Virus record (IMG/VR): IMGVR_UViG_3300012041_000001
From: an uncultured virus (IMG/VR IMGVR_UViG_3300012041_000001)
Taxonomy: Duplodnaviria > Heunggongvirae > Uroviricota > Caudoviricetes
Direction: 5' to 3' (one strand)
Length of the DNA stretch: 20,000 nt
Each line of letters starts with the position of its first letter. Position 1 is the stretch's first letter. Positions 7,984-15,906 of this stretch are shown here, one piece after another. Both the position numbers and the translations under genes were made by a program. A model generated the notes under the pieces. It was not told the origin of the DNA, made no database searches, and saw only the letters and a program-made list of their open reading frames with translations.

Positions 7984-10900
7984 ATGGCCTGTCCTATTAA
8001 AATAAAAGATAAGCTTGTTGCACATGTAGAGAAAGCTACTGACCATGCTCTAAATAAATCATTGCCTGAAGCCCAGGAAATAGGCAGACGTGTTAATGAT
8101 TCGTTTGGTATGCCTGTTGTCAGATTTTCTCAAACAGATGGTGACTATATAGATAGAGCCATCAATATTCCTCCTGCTTTAGTAGAAATCTATTATCAGA
8201 ATGAACTGAGAATGGAAGAAGCAGAGAGAACTGAGAATGTTGTTGAGGAAGAGTTGGCTGAAGAAGAAGAACTTAGAGTGATTGATGAAGCTCGTAGCCT
8301 TCAACAAAGAGAAGCTGAACGTGCAGGAGAAGAATATGGTGATGATTTATTATACAATTTAGATTCTACAAATCCTGAAGTAAAAATCACCACTCTTAAT
8401 AAGATAGGTAATTTTATTGAAAAACTGGGAGTACCTGTAGAGTTTACTGATTTTGGTGATTCTCCTGCAGTGGCTGCTGCTAACTTTGTAAAAGGAGTTA
8501 TTCAGATAACTAGCAACATTGATAAAAGACCTGCAGCCTGGAATAGCCTACCTGAAGAAGCTGCTCACTGGTGGTACAGACTTTTAAAAAATCATGATCT
8601 AAAACAAGAGCTATGGGATCACCACTTAACTTTGGCCAAAGCTAATGAGCTGTATAGAACTGAGTATGGAAAACTTGTAACTTCTCCTGAACAACTTAAG
8701 GAAGAGGCTATTGGTCAAATCATAGCAGATGTAATACAGAAGATAGAGAATGGTACTGCTACTGAGAAAGAGAAATCATTTTGGGAAAAGTTCAAAGACT
8801 TCATAAGAAATTTTTTTAATAGAGATGCTCTTACTGATATATCAGAAGATAGTTTTACTATGGCTGCCCAGAGAATCCTTAACTCAGACTTAAGTGATTT
8901 ACTATCTCCACAAGAATACAGAGAATTATATCAGATAACAGAAAACATTATTATGGCTGAGGATGCTCCTTCTGAGGATGAGTTTGTTCCTAATGTAGAA
9001 AATGTAAATGAGTATATAGATAATCTTCTTGCTGGAAAATTCAGAAGAAGAACAAGGTTTATGCCACAGACTTTAGCAAGAATAAGTTATTTGACTACTG
9101 CTGTTTTGAAAAAAGAAAAACTTACACCAGAGCAAAAAAGAGCATTAGAAACAAAACACAGATATGCTACTATTACTCCTGATCTTATTTCATTTGAAAC
9201 ACTTAGAAGAAAACACAAAAAACAACCTATACCTTTAAATGCTGATATTAAAGTTGAGGGTGCAAAAAAAGATGAGATCTCTTTATTAAATACTGTTTTG
9301 GATCTTATTAGAAAAGAGAACCCTCAAATGAAATCTATAAATGTTGAAGATTTTATTAATGAGGTTAATGTATTTTTAGATGAAGAATACAGACTGGGGT
9401 TTGCTCGTGAGGGAGAGGGAAGTATGTGGGAAACCTGGAAGGTTAATGATACATTTGCTGATCCTACAGATATAAAACACAGAAAAATAAGTTTAAGATT
9501 TAATGATGAATATATAGATAAGAGAAGCCACTTTGGTCTTTCTCCAATAGCCTTTGGAAGCTATACTCCTTTTTTGGACAGTGTACTAATACATGAGATT
9601 CAAAATGATTTCTTTGAGGAATTAGTGCCTGCTGAAAAATCTGATAAGATGTCACTAGCACACAGTATTGCACAAGTTTTGAAATATAGCAGTATTTTTT
9701 ATGATACTGTTCTTGAATCTATAGATAAATCTACACCATTTAACTTTAATGAGGTACAGGATTTATATACCAAATTTAAACAGAGATTAGATGAGCAGAA
9801 TAATATGTTTCCTCAAGATAGTTTGGAACTTGAGCGTGCAAGAGATGCTATGGATAGCTTGTTTAAGATTAAAAGAGTGCTGGATGATATAAGAAACAAA
9901 AAAACTCTGAAGTTTGTTGATCAGCAAATAATGGATATGTATAAAGAGAAAGGGTTAATGAATCCTGAGGTAGTAAAAGAGGGTGCTATAACTGATTTCA
10001 TAAACAGAATAGAAGAAAAAGGTTATCAACTTAAAACAGATGAGAAATATTTATTAAGAATGGCTCTTAGTACTGTAAGATTTTATAATGTAGGATTTGC
10101 AAACAGCCTTAACATAGGTAATTGGTTCAATAAGCAATACCTTGAACATAGAAGAAGAGTACAAGCTGCTTATACCAGAGAAAGAGTAGCAAAAAGTTTG
10201 GTAGGATATAACAATATGACAGTAGAGGATTTTTCAAGATTAGTGGATAACATTCAATATAATGTAAACCTAACACAGGAAAATAAAGTTGAAGAAGAAC
10301 AAAGAGCTATTAATTCTAATATTAAATCTTTTAGAAAAGAATTAAATTATTTCACCCCTCTTATTCATAAAGTATTACAGACTGCTATTATAAATAATCC
10401 AGGAAAAAAATTATATTTCAGTGGTTATGATATAGCTCTAATCTCTCAGGTTCAAATAGAGAAGAAAGGAGTTAAGACCCCTACAGCAAATTTATATGCA
10501 GGACCAGAAGATGTTGCAGCTGGTAAGGCTGATAAGTTAGGAGCCATGTGGATTAATATGAATAATGTAAGAGGAGTTAAATTAAAATATGTTGAGAATA
10601 TCCCAGGATTTGTAACACCAGTAAGTGGATATGAGATAGATGTTTCCAATTATAAATTTGAAGCACCTATATTATTTTCTTTAAAAGAACAAGTAGCTGA
10701 GCAAGCAAGACCAGCAGCTATTGAAGTAGCTCCACAAACTAAGAATGTAAGACCTTCTAAAGCAAATAGTGAAACACTGATTAAGGTGAAAGAAGCTATG
10801 CGCCAGATGGGTGTACAATTCCAGCTTCTACATGATTACGTTAAAGGTAATCCAGACATTGATGTGAAAGACGTTAATGGTTTAGCTGACCTGTCTTCAG

Positions 10901-13900
10901 GAGTAATTGCTGTCGCTCAGGGAATGGAAGATGTTGCGCTAACAGAGGAGATGGTGCACATTGCTACAGCAATATTAGAACAAACGAATCCATCATTGAT
11001 AACTAACATGATATCAAAGATAGAGAGATTCAAAATCTACAAACTTACATACAACCAATATAAAAACAACAAGAACTACCAGCTGTCCAATGGCAAACCA
11101 GACATTCGTAAGATTAAAAAAGAAGCTGTTGACAGATTAATAGCTGAACACATCATACAACAATCTGAAGGAAGCACAGACTTCCCTGAATTAATGCAGA
11201 GAGAGGACAGAAATTTGGTGCAGTCATGGTGGGATAATATTCTTGAAACCTTAAGAAACCTTTACAGCAAAACTAAAGTTGATTTATTTGCTCAGGCTGC
11301 AGAACATATCATGGCTGGAAACATTGGCAGAATTGAAGACATGAAAGCTCAGGGAGTTTACTATCAGTTAAACAAGAATGTAGTGGGTAATAATGCTCAG
11401 GTTGATAGCCTCTTTGATCATGCTAGTAGTATTCATGGCAGAATGGAATTAAAAGATAAAACTGATGCTAAGAAACGTCATTACCTATTGGATAAAACAA
11501 TAGAAGTAGCCAGAAGTATCACAGAAAAAACCAAAGCAAAAAGCAGCATGCCTGACAGATCAGAATTTGAAAAAATAATTGATCTTCAAAAGCAAAATTG
11601 GGGTACTGAAGGGCACAGATATATCCATAAATATATCACTGATAATCTAATAGATAAAGATGGCTTTAAAAAGCCTTTCACAGATATTCCTGTTACCTCT
11701 GTATTGGATGATGCTGCTCAAGAAGTACTTAATACATTCTGTCAAAATCTGATTAACTCTTATCCAGAGGGAACCAGATTCTTGCTTGAGACAATGGTAT
11801 TGAATCAAAGAGAGAAAGGATTGCTTGGTTCTACTGCTGACTTTATTGCAATATCTCCTGCTCAGAAAGCAGATGGTTCAGAAGATATAGCTGTAGATGT
11901 GTTAGACTGGAAGTTTACTGACATTGATAAGAGCAGAGAAGAAGATGTGCCTTGGTACAAACAGAAAGACTGGAAGCCGCAGATGGGTGAGTACTCTAAA
12001 ATTATGTATGAGTATGGAGTGAAACCTGCTCAGCTCAAAAAGGCCAGAATGATTCCTTTCATTATGAATTATGAAGACATTGTTAAAGGAGATAAAAAAA
12101 GTGGTAAGAGACCTTCATCAATTGAAGTTGGTAAAATAGATAGCTTGACAGAAACAACCTTGTATCTATTGCCTGTACCTATTAATACTGAAACAACTGG
12201 AAATGAGGCTATTGATGATTTATTGAAAACCTTACGTTCTCAATGGGATAAGATGTATTCCAAACAGGTGAGTCCTGAGGCAAGATCTATCAAGAGAATT
12301 CAGATGAATGAATTAGCCAAAGCTATTCGTGTTCTGCATGTAACTTTAAACTTTAGTCCTCTGGTAAGTGTGGGTAGAACCTTTGATAAAACGTCTAAGG
12401 CTGCTTTAGAGACATTTAAAGACATAGACTATACTAAGTTATCAACAGAACAAATTAAGGCCAAATTACAGGAGCTATTGGAGCACAAAGCTAACGCTGC
12501 AAACTTTACTATGCTTGATGAGGCTTTCATCTCTCAATTTGGAGATGAGAACCTGTCACCAGAAGCCACTAAAACTCTGTTGGGATTAAAAGCTGTGTCA
12601 GCAAACGCTAAATCCTCTCTTAAAAAAATACTTGTTCTTCAGAAAGAGTATGTAGCACAGATTGCTGTGAGAGAAAAATTTATAAGTGAGAACAATAAAA
12701 CTGCTTTATTTGATGCTGAAAGAGAAATCAGTGGTATGGTTAAGAACTTTGTTGAGGGAAGCAGACTTCCTGCCAAGCTTATAAACTTTGCTTCCAATCT
12801 TATCATGCGTGTTAAGAAATTATCAGAGAAAAAATTCATAGATAAATACAATGAATTCAAACAGATACTTCTTCCTTTAGAGAAAGAAGCAGCTGCTCGT
12901 GGTGTCAGAGCTTTTGATATGATTGGCACTACAGACGAGCATGGGTTACATCTTATTAAGAAGGTTAAGAAAGAATTCTGGAATGCTGTTACAGAAGCTA
13001 AAGAAGAGGGTAATGAAGATAAAAAGTTCCTTATGCAGAACATGGATATGGTTGAGTTTAACAGACTTGCTAAAGAAGCCATGGATAAAGGTATAGCAGA
13101 ACTTAATCTAATAGAATTCTCAGAAGATGCAGATCAGGATGCTTATATCAGAGCTGGAAAAATTAAACGCTTAAGAAACTCCATTGATATCAATAGAAAA
13201 GATTTCTTTGGCTACAATGAATATGTATTCAATCACATTTTCAGACAGGTAGTCAAATCAGATGATCACTTATCTGATGAGTATAAAAACATGGCAAAAA
13301 GCAAAGCTGCTCTGGATGCCTGGAACTTCTTTACAGAAATGAACGAAAGAGCCAGAACTGTTGGGTACATAGATAAACAAGGGATGTCTTTCTTTCCATT
13401 AATTGAGGCCAGTATCCTTGATAAAATGAAACAGACAACCAATAAGGGAACTGAACTTTTGGATATCTTCAAAGGTTTGTATACTGTTAAGGTAAATGAG
13501 GAACAGACTTTTGGTAAGGTAGATACAGAAACAGGACAAACTAAAAAAACATTACCAAAATACTTTACCAAAAAAGGAAACTTAGCAACTGAGCAACTCT
13601 CTACAGATTTGAACAAAGTAGGTGCGCTATGGATTAAAGCCTTAATGGATTTTGAAGCAAAGGATTCCATAGAGAATACCCTTCTTACTATAGGAGCTGT
13701 TGAAAGATCTAAAGGAAGCTTAATGGTAGATGAACAGGGAGATTTGATTCCTGAGGGAGCTGGATTTAAAGTTAACAAGAAAGTAAACAAAAATGCAGAT
13801 GTGTATGATGCTATTATTGATGATGGCTTATATGATTTGGAAGAAAACTTGGGTTCTGTAGGTAATATTAGTTTAAGAAAATTTGCTAAGAGTACTACCA

Positions 13901-15375
13901 AAACTGCAGAAGCTGGTATAGAAAGAGAAGTTGCCCTTAGAAAAGGATTAAAAAATCTTGACACCTGGACCAGAGCGCTTGCTGTTGGACTTAAACCACT
14001 GATTGGATTAGCCAATGCTGTTGGTTTTAATTTCCACGCAATCATTAAGAGTGGAGGTATGTATAGTTGGAATGACTTTTGGACTAATGAAATGAAGATA
14101 ACTACTGGTATAGGCCTAACCACAGAAGATAAAGCTTTACTACATTATCTTACTACTCCAGAAGATGTTATGAAAGAACAATTAAGAGGAGCTGCATTGA
14201 AAAAAGGAGTGCTTTCTTATCTGTCTACTTGGTCCTTTACAGATGTTATGATGCTTACTAACTCTTTCCCTGAGAGAAAACTTATCTTAACCAATGCTAA
14301 AAGCTTTAATGATAATGCTATAATCATTGATGGTAAAATCGTTAATGCCAGACAGTATTTGAAAGAGCAAGACAGAGCTACTAAGTATAAATTGTCCTCA
14401 GAGGAAAGAAGAGCTAAAGAGAAAGCCTTTCCTGAAAGAGTCAAAGCCCTGATAGCCTCATCAACAAAGCTAACCTCAGCTGTTAAAATCACTGATGAGA
14501 AAATAACTATTGAGGGAGTAAGCGAGGATGAGATAGTTAGATATAGTTTGAAGGTATCTGAGTTTTCAAGAAATCTTAATGGTGCCATGAATCCTGATAA
14601 CAAAGCTGGTTATCGTAGAGATACAATCTTCTCTTCCTTTATGATGTTTAAGAATTGGATTCCTAAGTTATTGATATCTCGTACAGGTGGTATTAAATAT
14701 AATCTTGAGACTGAGAACTGGGAATATGGTAGAACCAGAGCTCTTGCCAGAGTTATTATGGAAATGGGTAGTTTAAATATCAATAAGCTAATAGCAATTC
14801 ATAGTGGTAAGGAAGAAGGATTACAAATATTAAGAGACATTCTGGTAGCTAAGAAGGCAGAGCACTTTGAAAAAACAGGACAGGAGTTAGATATAAGCGA
14901 AGAAGAATTCTTTGACTTAATGAGATCAGAGATAGGTAATACGTACAGAGAGTTAGCTCTATTGGCAGGTACAATGGGAGCTGTGCTTGCAGTAGGAGCC
15001 TTGAAACCACCTGATGATGCTTCAGATATAGAGAAGAACAGATGGAAATGGTGGGCTAAAGCTTTCAATAAAATCCATGAAGAGCTTGCTTTCTACTATC
15101 TCCCTACATCAATGGAGTCAATAACAAGAGGAAGTATACTACCTTCTCTTGGTTTACTATCAAAATTTGCACAACTGCTAAAGGCTTTCTATAAAGAAAC
15201 TGAGGGATATGTTACTGATGATGATAAAGCAATGGAGCAAGCGCATCCATTTAAATACTTTCTTAACTTAATCCCTGGTCTTGCTCAGTTCCAGAATGAT
15301 TATTTACCATATCTGAATGCAGACTTGGCTAAATGGCAGGGAATAAGAACAACAGAACAATCCAGAAGACAATAA
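7984..15375 (+). CDS. Giant polyvalent virion cargo/ejection protein (2463 aa), partner of the vRNAP
   Basis: Starts 16 nt after the vRNAP stop. Contains two zincin-like units, a PD-(D/E)XK nuclease, a long helical K/E-rich region, FMMFKNWIP (14638-14664) and a C-terminal hydrophobic helix. Giant genes flanking the vRNAP in crAss-like phages encode capsid-internal cargo proteins. Confidence 0.8.
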   Translation: MACPIKIKDKLVAHVEKATDHALNKSLPEAQEIGRRVNDSFGMPVVRFSQTDGDYIDRAINIPPALVEIYYQNELRMEEAERTENVVEEELAEEEELRVIDEARSLQQREAERAGEEYGDDLLYNLDSTNPEVKITTLNKIGNFIEKLGVPVEFTDFGDSPAVAAANFVKGVIQITSNIDKRPAAWNSLPEEAAHWWYRLLKNHDLKQELWDHHLTLAKANELYRTEYGKLVTSPEQLKEEAIGQIIADVIQKIENGTATEKEKSFWEKFKDFIRNFFNRDALTDISEDSFTMAAQRILNSDLSDLLSPQEYRELYQITENIIMAEDAPSEDEFVPNVENVNEYIDNLLAGKFRRRTRFMPQTLARISYLTTAVLKKEKLTPEQKRALETKHRYATITPDLISFETLRRKHKKQPIPLNADIKVEGAKKDEISLLNTVLDLIRKENPQMKSINVEDFINEVNVFLDEEYRLGFAREGEGSMWETWKVNDTFADPTDIKHRKISLRFNDEYIDKRSHFGLSPIAFGSYTPFLDSVLIHEIQNDFFEELVPAEKSDKMSLAHSIAQVLKYSSIFYDTVLESIDKSTPFNFNEVQDLYTKFKQRLDEQNNMFPQDSLELERARDAMDSLFKIKRVLDDIRNKKTLKFVDQQIMDMYKEKGLMNPEVVKEGAITDFINRIEEKGYQLKTDEKYLLRMALSTVRFYNVGFANSLNIGNWFNKQYLEHRRRVQAAYTRERVAKSLVGYNNMTVEDFSRLVDNIQYNVNLTQENKVEEEQRAINSNIKSFRKELNYFTPLIHKVLQTAIINNPGKKLYFSGYDIALISQVQIEKKGVKTPTANLYAGPEDVAAGKADKLGAMWINMNNVRGVKLKYVENIPGFVTPVSGYEIDVSNYKFEAPILFSLKEQVAEQARPAAIEVAPQTKNVRPSKANSETLIKVKEAMRQMGVQFQLLHDYVKGNPDIDVKDVNGLADLSSGVIAVAQGMEDVALTEEMVHIATAILEQTNPSLITNMISKIERFKIYKLTYNQYKNNKNYQLSNGKPDIRKIKKEAVDRLIAEHIIQQSEGSTDFPELMQREDRNLVQSWWDNILETLRNLYSKTKVDLFAQAAEHIMAGNIGRIEDMKAQGVYYQLNKNVVGNNAQVDSLFDHASSIHGRMELKDKTDAKKRHYLLDKTIEVARSITEKTKAKSSMPDRSEFEKIIDLQKQNWGTEGHRYIHKYITDNLIDKDGFKKPFTDIPVTSVLDDAAQEVLNTFCQNLINSYPEGTRFLLETMVLNQREKGLLGSTADFIAISPAQKADGSEDIAVDVLDWKFTDIDKSREEDVPWYKQKDWKPQMGEYSKIMYEYGVKPAQLKKARMIPFIMNYEDIVKGDKKSGKRPSSIEVGKIDSLTETTLYLLPVPINTETTGNEAIDDLLKTLRSQWDKMYSKQVSPEARSIKRIQMNELAKAIRVLHVTLNFSPLVSVGRTFDKTSKAALETFKDIDYTKLSTEQIKAKLQELLEHKANAANFTMLDEAFISQFGDENLSPEATKTLLGLKAVSANAKSSLKKILVLQKEYVAQIAVREKFISENNKTALFDAEREISGMVKNFVEGSRLPAKLINFASNLIMRVKKLSEKKFIDKYNEFKQILLPLEKEAAARGVRAFDMIGTTDEHGLHLIKKVKKEFWNAVTEAKEEGNEDKKFLMQNMDMVEFNRLAKEAMDKGIAELNLIEFSEDADQDAYIRAGKIKRLRNSIDINRKDFFGYNEYVFNHIFRQVVKSDDHLSDEYKNMAKSKAALDAWNFFTEMNERARTVGYIDKQGMSFFPLIEASILDKMKQTTNKGTELLDIFKGLYTVKVNEEQTFGKVDTETGQTKKTLPKYFTKKGNLATEQLSTDLNKVGALWIKALMDFEAKDSIENTLLTIGAVERSKGSLMVDEQGDLIPEGAGFKVNKKVNKNADVYDAIIDDGLYDLEENLGSVGNISLRKFAKSTTKTAEAGIEREVALRKGLKNLDTWTRALAVGLKPLIGLANAVGFNFHAIIKSGGMYSWNDFWTNEMKITTGIGLTTEDKALLHYLTTPEDVMKEQLRGAALKKGVLSYLSTWSFTDVMMLTNSFPERKLILTNAKSFNDNAIIIDGKIVNARQYLKEQDRATKYKLSSEERRAKEKAFPERVKALIASSTKLTSAVKITDEKITIEGVSEDEIVRYSLKVSEFSRNLNGAMNPDNKAGYRRDTIFSSFMMFKNWIPKLLISRTGGIKYNLETENWEYGRTRALARVIMEMGSLNINKLIAIHSGKEEGLQILRDILVAKKAEHFEKTGQELDISEEEFFDLMRSEIGNTYRELALLAGTMGAVLAVGALKPPDDASDIEKNRWKWWAKAFNKIHEELAFYYLPTSMESITRGSILPSLGLLSKFAQLLKAFYKETEGYVTDDDKAMEQAHPFKYFLNLIPGLAQFQNDYLPYLNADLAKWQGIRTTEQSRRQ
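8380..8910 (+). other. Degenerate zincin-like domain 1 in the cargo protein
   Basis: LPEEAAHWW (EEAAH 8554-8568), EEAIGQII (from 8701) and SFWEKFKDFIRNFF (8776-8817). Confidence 0.6.
10765..11340 (+). other. Degenerate zincin-like domain 2 in the cargo protein
   Basis: NGLADL...LTEEMVHIA (EEMVH 10945-10959), EAVDRLIAE (from 11122) and SWWDNILETLRNLY (11224-11265). Confidence 0.6.
11470..12190 (+). other. PD-(D/E)XK (RecB/Cas4-like) nuclease domain in the cargo protein
   Basis: Motifs in the expected order: HY, SIT, GTEGH (11602-11616), E (11788), GSTAD (D 11839), VLDWK (DWK 11905-11913) and QMGEY (11980-11994, the RecB-type QxxxY). Confidence 0.8.
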
Positions 15376-15377
15376 TC

Positions 15378-15749
15378 ATGACAGTTAGAAATAAAATATT
15401 AGTATCAGTACTTGTAGTACTTCTAATAACCATCATTTTTTTAGTATCTTTGTTACTATCTAAATATCAGGAGTTTAAATACCTGCAGGACAAGCATAAT
15501 CAACTTAGAATAAGCTACGAAAACTGTCATACAGACAGTGCTAATTCAGTTATTGAGAAAGAGTTGCTCTACTCTAATGTAGAGGAACTGACTACTACTT
15601 TAAAAACTCAAACTAAGCTGATTAAAGATTTAACTAAACAAGTTATAGAACTTAAATACAACCCTATAATAGTTAGGGCAATCCCTTGTGATGATGTTCT
15701 TCAGGAATATACAAGTCCTGATGACAATACATCAGCACGAGGTTTTTAA
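15378..15749 (+). CDS. Membrane-anchored coiled-coil protein, i-spanin (Rz)-like, 123 aa
   Basis: The start is revised to ATG 15378, 2 nt after the upstream TAA. MTVRNK is followed by a 21-residue hydrophobic helix (ILVSVLVVLLITIIFLVSLLL), then a heptad-like helical region with two Cys (ENCH, IPCD). The function is inferred from topology only. Confidence 0.55.
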   Translation: MTVRNKILVSVLVVLLITIIFLVSLLLSKYQEFKYLQDKHNQLRISYENCHTDSANSVIEKELLYSNVEELTTTLKTQTKLIKDLTKQVIELKYNPIIVRAIPCDDVLQEYTSPDDNTSARGF

Positions 15750-15760
15750 TATACATCACC

Positions 15761-15901
15761 ATGGTAAAAGAACACTATACCACAGCTAAGCGAGTGGTTT
15801 TCAAGAAAAACAGGTTTGGTATTCACGCCAAAAGCAAGTCTAGTAAACTAAAATCTAGTAAAAATTACCATAAACGATACGTTGGACAGGGTAAAAACTA
15901 A
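15761..15901 (+). CDS. Small highly basic protein (46 aa) with a C-terminal YxGQGK motif
   Basis: Hand translation: MVKEHYTTAKRVVFKKNRFGIHAKSKSSKLKSSKNYHKRYVGQGKN*. It has 11 K + 3 R versus 1 E and fills the gap between its neighbours (11 nt and 5 nt spacers). Its ACC-ATG start context is the same as the next gene's. It is below the ORF-track size cutoff. Confidence 0.8.
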   Translation: MVKEHYTTAKRVVFKKNRFGIHAKSKSSKLKSSKNYHKRYVGQGKN

Positions 15902-15906
15902 TAACC

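Noticed and set aside
13266..14123. 285-aa minus-strand ORF and the other antisense or short alternate-frame ORFs in the track
   Set aside because: They are shadows of long + strand genes, with S/L/F/I-rich composition typical of antisense reading and no recognisable motifs.
15333..15377. Longer start for the spanin-like ORF given by the track
   Set aside because: It overlaps ORF2 by 43 nt. ATG 15378 has a typical context and puts the TM helix at the N-terminus.
15691..15789. Overlapping o-spanin (Rz1) candidate
   Set aside because: The 32-aa ORF has no hydrophobic signal peptide and no lipobox Cys.
15750..15906. ncRNA, tRNA, CRISPR array or terminator in the apparent intergenic gap
   Set aside because: The gap is filled by the 46-aa ORF. 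The short TCTAGTAAA duplication encodes the SSK-x2-SSK repeat, and I saw no cloverleaf, spacer array or strong hairpin.
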